Assembly: GCA_023701005.1 (NCBI GenBank)
Contig: JAMPXW010000002.1
Coordinates: 113,053-177,052 of the forward strand
Length of the DNA: 64,000 nucleotides
Direction: 5' to 3'
Source of the DNA: Burkholderiales bacterium
Lineage (GTDB): Bacteria > Patescibacteriota > Minisyncoccia > Phycocordibacterales > UBA9973
Of this stretch, positions 21,249 to 31,739 are shown piece by piece. Below the pieces are notes generated by a model. It had not been told where the DNA came from and did not search any database. It saw only the letters and a list, made by a program, of their open reading frames with translations. Numbering within the stretch: the first letter of the stretch is position 1; each line of letters starts with the position of its first letter. Position numbers and translations under genes: made by a program.

Positions 21249-21321
21249 CCGCCCTTAGCTCAGCTGGTAGAGCAGATCCCTCTTAAGGATAAGGTCGAAG
21301 GTTCGATCCCTTCAGGGCGGA
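21249..21321 (+). tRNA. tRNA-Lys(CTT)
   Basis: ccgccct/agggcgg acceptor, anticodon loop ctcttaa, ggttcgatccc. Confidence 0.9.
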
Positions 21322-21367
21322 CACTTTAAAAATATTTTTAAAGTATTCGTTTTTAGTTTTTATATAT

Positions 21368-21451
21368 GCCGAGGTGGCGAAATTGGCAGACGCACTTGCC
21401 TTAGGAGCAAGCGAGAGTAATCTCATGGGAGTTCAAGTCTCCCCCTCGGCA
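21368..21451 (+). tRNA. tRNA-Leu(TAG)
   Basis: gccgagg/cctcggc acceptor, cttgc-cttagga-gcaag. Confidence 0.95.
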
Positions 21452-21457
21452 CAAATT

Positions 21458-21497
21458 AGTTAAGGGCCGCCCTTCAATTGAAGGGCGGCCCTTAACT
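21458..21497. repeat. Perfect 40-bp palindrome, possible terminator
   Basis: agttaagggccgcccttcaa|ttgaagggcggcccttaact. Confidence 0.85.
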
Positions 21498-21505
21498 TAA
21501 TGACT

Positions 21506-21532
21506 TGACTTTTGTATCTGAATATGCTATAC
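21506..21532 (+). promoter_or_regulatory. Sigma70-type promoter
   Basis: TTGACT (tandem copies give a 15 or 20 nt spacer) with extended -10 TGCTATACT shortly before the ATG at 21540. Confidence 0.5.
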
Positions 21533-21539
21533 TATTAGT

Positions 21540-22172
21540 ATGAGTAAAATAAATAACAATTTAATATCAACTTTTGGGATTTTAACCTTTATTTTTGGAC
21601 TATTTATAACTTCCCCTGTATATGCTTCTGTTGGAAGCACTATGTATACTGGTGTAACATATTTCCCTCAAAATGATGTTGTTTACCAAAACAATACAAA
21701 CAACCAAGGACAAGTATCAATAGTCGGTTGTGAAGGAAGAAATACTGGTTTTAGTACTGTCTCCGGGCAATCTTGTGTTGGTAATTATATAAATAATAAA
21801 AATAACACTTCCCCATCAAATACAAATACTAGAACTATTACCTCACGTACTTCAAATAATGAGAATGTTTCAAACACAACTACAAACAAAACAGTTGCAA
21901 AATTAACAGACGTAAGTAAAGATTTCTTTGGAACAAATACCAATACAGAAAGTACAAACAACACTACGAATGAAAATTCTGAAAATACTTTAACTAAAGA
22001 AAATACTTTCAGTGGTGTCACAGCAAATGCATTAGTTGGGTCAAATAGTTTTATGCCTACTGGTCTTTTGCAATGGATAATATTGTTGATAATAATAGTA
22101 GCAATAATGTTCTTGTGGAGATATGTACATGCTGAAGAAAAATACTTAGCAGAACCATTAAAACACGCTTAA
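21540..22172 (+). CDS. Secreted, C-terminally anchored Asn/Thr-rich protein
   Basis: Signal peptide, GC...GFS.VSGQSC motif, low-complexity linker, C-terminal TM. Confidence 0.75.
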   Translation: MSKINNNLISTFGILTFIFGLFITSPVYASVGSTMYTGVTYFPQNDVVYQNNTNNQGQVSIVGCEGRNTGFSTVSGQSCVGNYINNKNNTSPSNTNTRTITSRTSNNENVSNTTTNKTVAKLTDVSKDFFGTNTNTESTNNTTNENSENTLTKENTFSGVTANALVGSNSFMPTGLLQWIILLIIIVAIMFLWRYVHAEEKYLAEPLKHA

Positions 22173-22213
22173 ATCTAAAAGAAATATTAAACAAAAAGGT
22201 CAATCTTAACAGG

Positions 22214-22242
22214 TTGACTTTTTTGTTTATGTGTGATATACT
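22214..22242 (+). promoter_or_regulatory. Sigma70-type promoter overlapping the upstream terminator
   Basis: TTGACT-17 nt-TATACT with TG extension. Confidence 0.7.
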
Positions 22243-22366
22243 TTATAGGTATAAAGTATCTTGAAAAACATGTTTTATTAGTTTGTTTGTTCGAGAGGCT
22301 AACAACTTCCCTATCCCCTTCGGCCCTTCAAACAAACAAACTAAAAACATAATAAGGAGAAACAAA

Positions 22367-23443
22367 ATGGAAAATTACGTATTTATTATTCCAATATTAA
22401 TATTAATATTGGGAGCTTTTATTCTTCAAGGATTAATAAAGATTTCAGCAAGTCCGCCTTGTGTAGGATTAGGTACAAGATTTGGCAAAAGAAATCAAAA
22501 AATATACGAGGAAGGTTGGAATTTTTTTCCTTTATATCCATATTTAAAAGGATTTATTCTTATAAAAATGGAAAGAATAAATATTGAGGTATCCTGCGAC
22601 AAAGTAAGGACATTAGACAAAGCAGAATCAAAAATATCAATAGGCTTAACTATTCGTCCAGTCAAAGAACTATTAATACCATATATTGATAGCGGGCAAG
22701 AAAAAAAAGTAACAGAAATATTAATTAAAATTATTGAAGAAAAAATCCGTGAATGGTGTATGAACAAAGGAGAAGGACCTAATAATTGGGAAGAATTAAA
22801 TATGTCCAAACTCGAAGGAGTAAGTGTATTGATAAAAAAAATTGCTGGAAATAAATCAGAATATCTTACACAAATAACTGGAATCGCTCAAAAAGTACCT
22901 ACCTGGATATGGTTACGCTATTTTTCTAACCCACAACCCAGAGAAGAAAATTTACTGGAAAATGAAAAATATTGGGCAGAAAATGAGTGGAATAATGTAA
23001 ACACCGTTCTTAATGAAATTAGAATGAAAGAAGGAGAAGAAGGTATTAATCTATTAATTACACAAGTAGCTAAAAGAAGAGAAGATTTAGAAAAAATTCG
23101 TAGTGGACAAGGAAAGTTGATAATAAAAGATTTGGGCATTATCATTGAAAGGTTAAACATTGGTGAAATAAATGTTCTTGGTGAAGTTGGTAAAAAAGCT
23201 GAAAATGAAGCAAAAGAAAAACAAGAAAAAGCAGCAGAAATTTTAGAACTAGAACACATTTCAAAAAGAATCTTGGCCTTAATGAAAGATCCTCCTGACG
23301 GACCTGGGCTCACAAGAGAACAAGCTCTTGAACAAATTCAACTTTCCCAAGGAAAAACAACCAAAACAATTGATGCAAAGTCAATTAATTTAGACCCTAC
23401 CACATCTGCCCTAATAGGTAAGATTCTAAACAAAATTATTTAG
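22367..23443 (+). CDS. SPFH/band 7-like membrane protein
   Basis: AAGGAG before the ATG at 22367; TM, then TRFGKR...EGWNF, DLGIIIERLNIGEI and EAKEKQE coiled coil. Confidence 0.65.
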   Translation: MENYVFIIPILILILGAFILQGLIKISASPPCVGLGTRFGKRNQKIYEEGWNFFPLYPYLKGFILIKMERINIEVSCDKVRTLDKAESKISIGLTIRPVKELLIPYIDSGQEKKVTEILIKIIEEKIREWCMNKGEGPNNWEELNMSKLEGVSVLIKKIAGNKSEYLTQITGIAQKVPTWIWLRYFSNPQPREENLLENEKYWAENEWNNVNTVLNEIRMKEGEEGINLLITQVAKRREDLEKIRSGQGKLIIKDLGIIIERLNIGEINVLGEVGKKAENEAKEKQEKAAEILELEHISKRILALMKDPPDGPGLTREQALEQIQLSQGKTTKTIDAKSINLDPTTSALIGKILNKII

Positions 23444-23451
23444 GAGAAAAA

Positions 23452-23919
23452 ATGTCACATTCAGATTCAGAACCACAAAAAGAAGAAAAAAATCAAAAGA
23501 AAGAATACGAAAGCGTTCCTCCTTGGGCTTGGAACACTCTTGTTGCCATTTGTTTGATATTTTTCATTGTACTTTGGATCAGTAGTTGTGATGGTAAGGA
23601 AAAAAATATCAATAGTGATAATTCTTCCAATACAACCATAGAATACCCAAGAAGTGGATATTCATCTGCTACTATTGATAAACCAATAGAAGCATACATA
23701 GATCCATCAAAATCCTACACTAAAGTTATCGGTGGAGGTTATGCTAAATTCGTATATGCAAATAACCAAAATAAATTTTGGATTTGCAACGAATCTCCAG
23801 AATCAAATTCTGAACACATGAAAGAATATTGGAGAATGCCAAAAGGAAATTATCTCATTTATCTTTATCCCAGAGAAGGATACACGAAAAATGAAATTGA
23901 TTTTTCATGGCATCAGTAA
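23452..23919 (+). CDS. Hypothetical membrane-anchored protein
   Basis: AGGAG SD, single TM, closely coupled to the SPFH gene. Confidence 0.65.
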   Translation: MSHSDSEPQKEEKNQKKEYESVPPWAWNTLVAICLIFFIVLWISSCDGKEKNINSDNSSNTTIEYPRSGYSSATIDKPIEAYIDPSKSYTKVIGGGYAKFVYANNQNKFWICNESPESNSEHMKEYWRMPKGNYLIYLYPREGYTKNEIDFSWHQ

Positions 23920-23940
23920 TTAAATTATAACAAACAACGC

Positions 23941-23976
23941 AAAGAGCGTTTCCTTTTTAGGAAGCGCTCTTTTTTT
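23941..23976. terminator. Bidirectional terminator
   Basis: aaagagcgtttcct / aggaagcgctcttt followed by a T tract, between convergent genes. Confidence 0.7.
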
Positions 23977-23998
23977 ATTTCATATTTTATCTTACAAA

Positions 23999-24322
23999 TT
24001 AGTTATTAGGCAATTGTATTTCTACTCTTCCTTCTTCGGGATCAATTCCTTCGATATTAAAAGTATTCATTATCATATCTAATATCGTAAATACTCCCAT
24101 CATTATAACAATACCGAGTATCCCCCATATTATATGATCTCTACCTTTTATCTTAGCCTCCTCATTGTCTTGATTAGAAATAAACTGAAATACTCCATAC
24201 AAGAAATAAGCAAAAGCTGCGGCAAATAGTAATGCAATAATCGGATTTATGATCATTCTGTTAACATTCAAGACAAAAGAATCCACACTTGCATAAGCTA
24301 TATTTGTAAAAAGAAAATCCAT
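23999..24322 (-). CDS. VirB2/TrbC-like pilin
   Basis: Two TMs joined by DNEEAKIKGRDHIIWGILG. Confidence 0.75.
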   Translation of the reverse strand: MDFLFTNIAYASVDSFVLNVNRMIINPIIALLFAAAFAYFLYGVFQFISNQDNEEAKIKGRDHIIWGILGIVIMMGVFTILDMIMNTFNIEGIDPEEGRVEIQLPNN

Positions 24323-24333
24323 ATTTTTATCTA

Positions 24334-24711
24334 CTAGAAATTAGGAGCTAAAACAGGGATATCAGTACTTGCACCTGTTAGACCGAAGGTATTCTTTACG
24401 ATACCTACAAGCCCCCACATAGCAACGATAACAACCAAACCGATGATACCATAGATCATTCTGTCTCGTCCTTTTGTCTTTGCTTCTTCATCATCAGAAA
24501 TGACGAAAGTAACAACTCCATAAACAAAGAATACTACTCCTAATACGATAAGTATTGGGATAATAATATCTAAGATATTTCCAACCTTACAAATGATACT
24601 TTGAATAGTACCTGGTTGAACACTATTACAACCTGATGACATTTGAGCAGATGCTACAAATGGAGCAAAACTTAAAGCAACACTAGACAAACCAATTAAT
24701 TTTTTCTTCAT
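24334..24711 (-). CDS. VirB2/TrbC-like pilin with signal peptide
   Basis: Signal peptide ending ASA; two TMs joined by DDEEAKTKGRDRMIYGIIGL. Confidence 0.8.
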   Translation of the reverse strand: MKKKLIGLSSVALSFAPFVASAQMSSGCNSVQPGTIQSIICKVGNILDIIIPILIVLGVVFFVYGVVTFVISDDEEAKTKGRDRMIYGIIGLVVIVAMWGLVGIVKNTFGLTGASTDIPVLAPNF

Positions 24712-24806
24712 ATGATTTAAACTTAATAATAATTAAAAAACGACCTTATAATATACTAATAATGTACCCTTATTATATCACAAAAAGAACAATAAATATG
24801 CAAATC

Positions 24807-25106
24807 CTACTGTTTCAACTGTGGAATAAATTTACTATCAATATTGAAAGTATTGCCTACCACTCTAACGAGTGACCACATTGTAACCATCACAGTCAAT
24901 GCAATAATACCCCAAATCATAAAATCTCTACCTTTTTCCTTCTTTGCTTCTTCATCACTATTTATGACGTATTGAACTACTCCCCATATAAACGAAGCTA
25001 TGGCCAAAGCAAAGATTAAAGGGATTATTGAACCAAATATAATGCATCTAAAATAAACTAATAAATCTTGAAATTTTGGATCCGCAATCAAATTACAGGC
25101 TAACAT
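24807..25106 (-). CDS. VirB2/TrbC-like pilin
   Basis: Two TMs joined by DEEAKKEKGRDFMIWGIIAL. Confidence 0.75.
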   Translation of the reverse strand: MLACNLIADPKFQDLLVYFRCIIFGSIIPLIFALAIASFIWGVVQYVINSDEEAKKEKGRDFMIWGIIALTVMVTMWSLVRVVGNTFNIDSKFIPQLKQ

Positions 25107-25125
25107 ATTTGTTTAAATAAATTAT

Positions 25126-25530
25126 TTATAATGCCTTTACTGTATCTGTTATAAGCTGAGCAAGACCCCACGACCCTAAGAGTATCGCAGCACCGATGAG
25201 TGTATATATAAGCGAACGCTTGGCTTCATCTAATTTTTCAGAATTACCTTGAGCAGCCACAAAAAGAAAACCAGAATAAATAATGGCTAAGACAATGATG
25301 GGCATACCTAATTTAACTATCCCTACTAAAACTTTTTCAATCAATTGTGTAAGGGTCTTTGATTCTATTGGATTAACAAGTTTTAAAGATTCAGAAGATG
25401 GTGGCTGAGTGCCAATATCTGAAGTTGGAGGTTTTGTTCCTGTATCTGTTTGCCCAAAAGAAATTAATGGCAAAAATAACATAAACATTATCAATACTAT
25501 ATTCAATAAATTTTTCTTTAAATAATTCAT
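25126..25530 (-). CDS. VirB2/TrbC-like pilin with signal peptide
   Basis: LVNPI; IIYSGFLFVAAQGNSEKLDEAKRSLIYTLIG. Confidence 0.8.
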   Translation of the reverse strand: MNYLKKNLLNIVLIMFMLFLPLISFGQTDTGTKPPTSDIGTQPPSSESLKLVNPIESKTLTQLIEKVLVGIVKLGMPIIVLAIIYSGFLFVAAQGNSEKLDEAKRSLIYTLIGAAILLGSWGLAQLITDTVKAL

Positions 25531-25625
25531 CCCATTAAAAATTTTAATTATTTATAATTCTTCTTTTAGCTTTCCCGTAGTTAAATTTCTAACGGGACAA
25601 GTATCTATATTATACCTCTATAATA

Positions 25626-27218
25626 TTAAAATCCAAACATATTTATACCTGCATTTGTATCAAACCCAACTATGTTTAATACCGTCTTTACTATCAAAAA
25701 TGCCCCCAGGGAAACAACTAATCCAATCAACACGTTTATAAATATATTTTTGGCTTTTGACTTTTTCTCTGTATCTCCACCTGATGTAACTAATTCAAAT
25801 CCTGCGTAGGCAAACAAAATTGCTGAAACAGGTAAAATAAATCCAAGGAAAAGATAATCCATAACTTTCTTTATCAAAGCAAAAATATCATTAAAACCAC
25901 AAGGGTTACTGATCATGCCACTCACATCTTCATAGCTTCCATTAATTTTACTATTTTTTAAATCACCTTCTTTGTTTCTAAAAGTATTTTCTGCATACCT
26001 CTCTGTTCCACAAGGTACTAATCCACCACTTACTTTATTACTATTATCTACATAAGCTGGGGCTTCTGTGGGCTTTACTTGTGTAGTGAATGCATGTGTA
26101 GCTGTGACATCAAAAAGTTCGGATGCATTTATCAATCTATATTGATATGGCGTACCAGAATTAAGATTGGTTAATTTAAAACTAGTTTTACCAAAACTAT
26201 CAATAACTAAAAAATCACTTTGAGTGGTTAATTCTCCTTCACCATATTCCAATTTTAATTTCAAACTTTGTCTATTTTCATTATATATATATGCATTAAA
26301 AACAGCTGAATTTTCTGTAATATCATCCATGGAAACACTCGCTAATATCGTCGAGCCTGTCGTACTTTTAGTAACAAAAAAACTTTGATTTGATGGTTTT
26401 AATCTTGAAGTTGTATCAAACAATCTAAAATAATATTTCTTTTCTGGTTTTAAATCTTTTAAAGTAGCAACCAAATCCCCCTTCGCATCAATCTTTAAAA
26501 TATCAGAAGAGAAATCAAAATTCTTTTCTCCATATTCTAATTTCAATTTCAAATCTTGGGGTTTTGTATTAGAAATCCTTGTCTTTATTTCTGCACTATT
26601 GTCTGTGACATTTATTAAAAAGTAACTATTTATAATCTGTGTAGGGTTATATTTTGAGTAAGAAGGCCCGACTCCATCTATGGGTCTACCATTAGCACCA
26701 ATGCTAATACCATAGGTATAAGGATAAGTATAACCAATAGGAATGTATCCTGTGCGAATGGTCATAACATCTCCATAAAACTTTTCTTCCGGTCTTTCGT
26801 TAAAATATCCAACTGCTCTAAAATAATAAGTAGAAAATAGATTCAACTCTGGACTTATATGGAAAACACCACTTACTTCTGGATTTAATTCTCTTTCTAT
26901 CTCTATTGTTTTCTGTATATCTTTCTCTGATTTAAGAAATAATTTTAATAAATCAGAAGAACTTAAATTTATATTGGTACTAGTATTTGTATCAGCTTTT
27001 TCAAATTCAAAATAAGTAGTAATATCTTCTTCATTTACATTACCACTATAATATCCACTAAACACAAAAGACTGTGCACTCAAAATAGAATAACCCGTAG
27101 TATATATTTTTAAATTATCTGTATTCTGAGCTGAAACTTTTGTATTAGAAATAAAAAATAATAAACCTCCTAAGACTAGGACTAAACTTAAAATTAATTT
27201 AATATTTATTTTCTTCAT
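25626..27218 (-). CDS. Large pilin: FN3-like repeats fused to a C-terminal VirB2-like module
   Basis: Signal peptide; repeated LKLKLEYGE...L.P...Y.FR; GGLVPCG; YAGFELVTSGGDTEKKSKAK. Confidence 0.75.
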   Translation of the reverse strand: MKKINIKLILSLVLVLGGLLFFISNTKVSAQNTDNLKIYTTGYSILSAQSFVFSGYYSGNVNEEDITTYFEFEKADTNTSTNINLSSSDLLKLFLKSEKDIQKTIEIERELNPEVSGVFHISPELNLFSTYYFRAVGYFNERPEEKFYGDVMTIRTGYIPIGYTYPYTYGISIGANGRPIDGVGPSYSKYNPTQIINSYFLINVTDNSAEIKTRISNTKPQDLKLKLEYGEKNFDFSSDILKIDAKGDLVATLKDLKPEKKYYFRLFDTTSRLKPSNQSFFVTKSTTGSTILASVSMDDITENSAVFNAYIYNENRQSLKLKLEYGEGELTTQSDFLVIDSFGKTSFKLTNLNSGTPYQYRLINASELFDVTATHAFTTQVKPTEAPAYVDNSNKVSGGLVPCGTERYAENTFRNKEGDLKNSKINGSYEDVSGMISNPCGFNDIFALIKKVMDYLFLGFILPVSAILFAYAGFELVTSGGDTEKKSKAKNIFINVLIGLVVSLGAFLIVKTVLNIVGFDTNAGINMFGF

Positions 27219-27224
27219 GAAAAT

Positions 27225-28520
27225 TTATTTTACTAATAAAAGCCCCAACTTTGCGCTAGCGTCATTGATAGCTTCTTCAACACTCATACTATTTGATAAT
27301 ACTTTTTCTATCATACCTTTAAATATGGCATCAGTATCTTCTACTTTTGGGTCAGGCCAACTTTTCGCAAAAAAAGCAGAAGAATAGAAAACTGGGAAAT
27401 ACGCATCCGTCGGTATTATCTTCAGTAAGTCACGCCTTACAGGCACGACACCTGTAGCCGAAGCTAACTTGGAAGCAAAATCTCCACTAGACATCAAATT
27501 TGAAGCTGCGAATGCAGTATTTAAATTTTTTGTCATTGAAGATATAGCAACCCCCAACACATGTCCATTTGTTAATTTAAAATTACTATTTTTAATTTGT
27601 GGTAAAGGAGCTACTAAGAAATTCTGATTTGGATTTTTATTTACCAAAGATTGCACTTCACTAGCGTATCCAAAATAAAATGCTAAATCTTCCTTACTAA
27701 ATGCATCACGAGAATTAGAAAAAGATTTATTCCAAGAATATGATTCTTTTAATGGATCAGCAAAATCTGTATAATATTTCAAAACTGCTGACAAATTATT
27801 TTTTGTATTATCTTCTTTTAATAAAGAAACATATATACCATTCTTTTCACCAACGATAGAGTTGCCTGCTTGCATAAATAATGCACTCAATAAATCCTTG
27901 GAATGAAGAACATTTGAAAATTGCCCCATAGCTACAGCGCTCTTTGTTATCAACCCTTTTTCATCTTTTTTAGTCAAAATAGGTGCCAAGGTTCTAAATT
28001 CATCCCAATATAAAGGAGGATAAGCAATACTGTGTGCATCTAACGTACTTCTGTTGTAATACATAACGAGTGGATCTACTGTAAGAGGAAAAGCTAACAT
28101 TCCTTTCGAATTTATAAACGCTTCTCCTGCTCCTACGAAGGTATTTTTAAATGTATTTAATGGAAAACTTTCGTAAGGTATCGTATATATTTTATTAGTG
28201 TATTTAAATACTAAATCGTCTGTTATAAAAAACATATCTGGACCTTTGCCTTCTGCCAATGCTTCTAGTAAATCATTGTCAAAAGTATCTGCTGATTTTT
28301 GTACATATTTAACAGAGAAAGAAGTATTTACTCTATTGAAATCTTCTATTAAAGAAGCCATAACTTGAGATTTGATAGTACCCCACAAAACTACAGTGCC
28401 ACTCGCAGTATTCGTGCCACTATTGTTGCCTAAAGGTATCGCACCAGAAAAAACAAAAACCCCCAACACAGCAGCGGCTATAAATACTACTAACATTATA
28501 ATTTGGAAATTACCTTTCAT
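27225..28520 (-). CDS. Extracellular solute-binding protein (family 1, sugar-type)
   Basis: N-terminal TM, VVLWG, GKGPD, PLTVDPLVMYYN, VAPLPQ. Confidence 0.85.
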   Translation of the reverse strand: MKGNFQIIMLVVFIAAAVLGVFVFSGAIPLGNNSGTNTASGTVVLWGTIKSQVMASLIEDFNRVNTSFSVKYVQKSADTFDNDLLEALAEGKGPDMFFITDDLVFKYTNKIYTIPYESFPLNTFKNTFVGAGEAFINSKGMLAFPLTVDPLVMYYNRSTLDAHSIAYPPLYWDEFRTLAPILTKKDEKGLITKSAVAMGQFSNVLHSKDLLSALFMQAGNSIVGEKNGIYVSLLKEDNTKNNLSAVLKYYTDFADPLKESYSWNKSFSNSRDAFSKEDLAFYFGYASEVQSLVNKNPNQNFLVAPLPQIKNSNFKLTNGHVLGVAISSMTKNLNTAFAASNLMSSGDFASKLASATGVVPVRRDLLKIIPTDAYFPVFYSSAFFAKSWPDPKVEDTDAIFKGMIEKVLSNSMSVEEAINDASAKLGLLLVK

Positions 28521-28524
28521 TATA

Positions 28525-29049
28525 TTAATTCTTAATAAATATTATACCATAATGGTGTTCCCCTGCATCTATCTCTCTATCTATTTTAAAACCTTCTTTC
28601 AAAAACATTTCTTTCGCTTTATTTTTATCAATAATTTTACCAAAACCTACACCAAAAACACTCGTATTGTCAGACCAATCAATAAGTAAAACTTTGCCAT
28701 TCTCTTTTAATATCCTTTTTGTCTCTTTAACAAATTTTTCTTTATCTTCTACCTGAAATAAAACATTTGAAGCTATCACAGCATCGACTGTCTCGTCTTT
28801 TATTTTTGTTCCTCCTATTTTTTCTATGTCACCCAAAAAACACTCAACATTATTTAAATGAGCTTCTTTTGTCTTATTTCTAATAGTCGTCAAAAAATCT
28901 TTCTGTATTTCTACAGCATAGACCTTACCCCTAGAGACAATATGAGCAAGAGGAATAGTGTAAAATCCTGAACCAGCACCCAAATCTGCAACAATCATAT
29001 TTTCTCTCAACCCGAATGCTTTTAAATTTTTTACCGGATCAGTAAACAT
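28525..29049 (-). CDS. Class I SAM-dependent methyltransferase
   Basis: VADLGAGSG, VYAVEIQ, ILKENGKVLLIDW, HHYG; start reassigned to MFTDP so that it does not overlap gyrA. Confidence 0.9.
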   Translation of the reverse strand: MFTDPVKNLKAFGLRENMIVADLGAGSGFYTIPLAHIVSRGKVYAVEIQKDFLTTIRNKTKEAHLNNVECFLGDIEKIGGTKIKDETVDAVIASNVLFQVEDKEKFVKETKRILKENGKVLLIDWSDNTSVFGVGFGKIIDKNKAKEMFLKEGFKIDREIDAGEHHYGIIFIKN

Positions 29050-29065
29050 ATTATAAATTATAACA

Positions 29066-31525
29066 CTAAAACGATGTAAGAGATGCAATACTATCACCAG
29101 AACGTAAACGCATGATGGTGACTCCTTGAGTTTGCCTACCAAGAGATGAAATATCTTTCAGGGCCGTCCTTATAACTTGGCCTTTTTTAGACATCGCGAT
29201 CAATTCTTCCTCTTCTCCTGTTAAAACTTTAGCTACTATCAATCTACCTGTTTTTGGTGTCACTTTAGCTGTCTTAATACCTGAGCCTCCTCTCTTTTGA
29301 ACTTTATATTCTTTTAGAGAAGTTTTCTTTCCGAATCCATTAGCACTCATCGTCAAAAATGTACCTTCTTTGTTTTCTTTTTTAACTACATCAACACTAA
29401 TAACTTCATCTCCTTTGCCGAGTTTGATGCCTCTCACTCCACCTGCTGTTCTTCCCATCTCTCTTATGTCACTTTCTTTAAATCTTATAGATTGACCTCC
29501 ACCAGTAGCCACCATGACTTCATCTCCTTTGTCTACTATTAGAGCAGAGACGAGTTGATCTCCTTTGTCTAAACGAATAGCAATGATGCCACTTCTTCTA
29601 ACATCCTTGAATCCTTCTCCAGACATCTTCTTGGCTGTGCCATCTTTCGTAACAAGCATTAAAGAAATTGGAGACTTTTTCAACTCTTTTGGCATTGGTA
29701 ATATAGAAGTAACTTTCTCATCATTGTTCAAAGCTAAGAAATTCATGATAGACTTACCTTTTGTTGCGCGACGCCCTTCAGGAATATCATACATTTTCAT
29801 TTGATAAACCTTTCCTAAGTTTGTAAAGAATAACAAATCATTGTGTGTAGTCCCAGAGACAAGCATCGTCACAAAATCTTCTTCTTTTGTTTCAAGATCT
29901 ACGACACCGACTCCTCCACGTTTTTGTGAATGATATTCAGAAGGATCTGTGCGCTTCACATAACCTCCAGCCGTAAAGACAAGTACTGTCTCTTTATCTG
30001 GGATTAAGTCTTCATCAGAAATTTCTTTGTTGCCTCCTTTCACTATTTTTGTCCTTCTATCGTCTGCATACTTTTCACGAATTTCTTTTAATTCTTTTCC
30101 GATCACTGCAAGAATCTTTTTTGGGCTTGCCAAAAGATCCTTTGTTTCTTTGATAAATTTCTGTTTTTCAGCTAATTCATTCTCTACGGCCTTTCTCTCT
30201 AACCCTGCTAATTTTTGTAATTTCATTTCCAAAATAGCTATTGCCTGCAATTCTGAAAACTTAAATTCTTTTATCAAATTAAATTTAGCAACTTGTCCAT
30301 CTTTAGATCCACGGATCACTGTGATGACGCGATCTATCTTATCTAAAGCTTTTTTCAAACCAAGCAAAATGTGTTCTCGTTCTTCTGCTTTTCTTAAATC
30401 ATAAATATTTCTTCTTTTTACAACTTCTTTTCTGTGTTCAATAAATAAAGCGAGTATTGATTTTAAAGAAAGAGTTTGCGGCACTCCGTCCACCAAAGCC
30501 ACAACGTTAAAATTAAAATTTGATTCGAGCTGAGTATTTTTGTAAATATAATTTAAAACTTTTTCAGGAACTGCAGTATTTTTTAAATCGATAACTATTC
30601 TGATATCTCTCGTAGATTCATCTCTCAAACCTTTAATACCGTCTAATTTCTTTTCTTGTACAAGTTCTGCAATAGCCATTATCAAATTGGCTTTATTTAC
30701 TCTATAAGGAATAGAAGTTATGATTATTTGAAAACCTCCTTTTTGTTCTACAATTTCTGCTTCTCCACGACACACGACTCCTCCTCTGCCTGTGCCATAT
30801 GCATGCAACATATCTTTATAATTATAAGCAATACCTCCTGTAGGGAAATCTGGGCCTTTAACAAATTGCATCAAATCTTCAGTTGTCGCGTCTTCATTTT
30901 CAATCAAATAATTTGTCGCATCTAAAACTTCTCCTAAATTGTGTGGAGGAATGTTTGTCGCCATGCCGACGGCAATACCTAAGGTTCCATTCAAAAGAAG
31001 AGATGGCACAGATGATGGAAGTACTATCGGCTCTTTGCGAGTCTGGTCGTAGTTTGGACGAAAATCTACAGTCTCTTTTTCTAAATCCTGCAAAAGCAGA
31101 TTAGAAACTTTAGACATTTTTGCTTCTGTGTAACGCATAGCTGCAGCACCATCGCCATCGATAGAACCAAAGTTTCCTTGACCTAGAATCAAAGGATAAC
31201 GATAAGAAAATTCCTGTGCCATACCCACCATAGAATCATAAACAGCTACATCTCCATGGGGATGATATTTTCCAAGCACATCTCCGACTACTGCCGCAGA
31301 CTTTCTAAAACGAGCACTAGAAGAAAGCCCCATTTCATTCATGGCATATAATATCCTGCGATGTACAGGCTTTAATCCATCTCTGACATCCGGCAAGGCA
31401 CGTGAAGTGATGACACTCATCGCATACGCAATGTATGAATCTTGCATTTCTTTCACAACATCAACTCCTATTATTCCATCTGTGCGCACTTTGATTGGTT
31501 CTATATCTTTTTCTTTTTTTGCCAT
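29066..31525 (-). CDS. gyrA: DNA gyrase subunit A
   Basis: [29 protein letters not shown], GyrA box QKRGGVG, CTD blades. Confidence 0.97.
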   Translation of the reverse strand: MAKKEKDIEPIKVRTDGIIGVDVVKEMQDSYIAYAMSVITSRALPDVRDGLKPVHRRILYAMNEMGLSSSARFRKSAAVVGDVLGKYHPHGDVAVYDSMVGMAQEFSYRYPLILGQGNFGSIDGDGAAAMRYTEAKMSKVSNLLLQDLEKETVDFRPNYDQTRKEPIVLPSSVPSLLLNGTLGIAVGMATNIPPHNLGEVLDATNYLIENEDATTEDLMQFVKGPDFPTGGIAYNYKDMLHAYGTGRGGVVCRGEAEIVEQKGGFQIIITSIPYRVNKANLIMAIAELVQEKKLDGIKGLRDESTRDIRIVIDLKNTAVPEKVLNYIYKNTQLESNFNFNVVALVDGVPQTLSLKSILALFIEHRKEVVKRRNIYDLRKAEEREHILLGLKKALDKIDRVITVIRGSKDGQVAKFNLIKEFKFSELQAIAILEMKLQKLAGLERKAVENELAEKQKFIKETKDLLASPKKILAVIGKELKEIREKYADDRRTKIVKGGNKEISDEDLIPDKETVLVFTAGGYVKRTDPSEYHSQKRGGVGVVDLETKEEDFVTMLVSGTTHNDLLFFTNLGKVYQMKMYDIPEGRRATKGKSIMNFLALNNDEKVTSILPMPKELKKSPISLMLVTKDGTAKKMSGEGFKDVRRSGIIAIRLDKGDQLVSALIVDKGDEVMVATGGGQSIRFKESDIREMGRTAGGVRGIKLGKGDEVISVDVVKKENKEGTFLTMSANGFGKKTSLKEYKVQKRGGSGIKTAKVTPKTGRLIVAKVLTGEEEELIAMSKKGQVIRTALKDISSLGRQTQGVTIMRLRSGDSIASLTSF

Positions 31526-31528
31526 AAA

Positions 31529-31735
31529 TTATTTTATAATTGTATCTTTTAATTCAGTAAACGGTTTCAAATCTTCTTGCATTTTTGTTTGTGTATCCGG
31601 ATCAGATAAACTTTTACTTAAACTTAATATCCAAAGCATTATCATTACAACTGCCAAGAAAAATATAATGATATGTAAAATATGCCTTCTCGTTTCTTCT
31701 GGTTGTTGTCTTAAGTTATGAATAATTTTCTTCAT
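31529..31735 (-). CDS. Small single-TM protein
   Basis: Operonic between the MBL-fold gene and gyrA; hydrophobic helix. Confidence 0.7.
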   Translation of the reverse strand: MKKIIHNLRQQPEETRRHILHIIIFFLAVVMIMLWILSLSKSLSDPDTQTKMQEDLKPFTELKDTIIK

Positions 31736-31739
31736 TTTT

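Noticed and set aside
22283-22366. Upstream TTG start of the SPFH-like gene
   Set aside because: The SD-led ATG at 22367 precedes the TM helix
29050-29142. N-terminal extension of the methyltransferase overlapping gyrA
   Set aside because: Better start at 29049 (MFTDP); the extension is an alternative-start artefact
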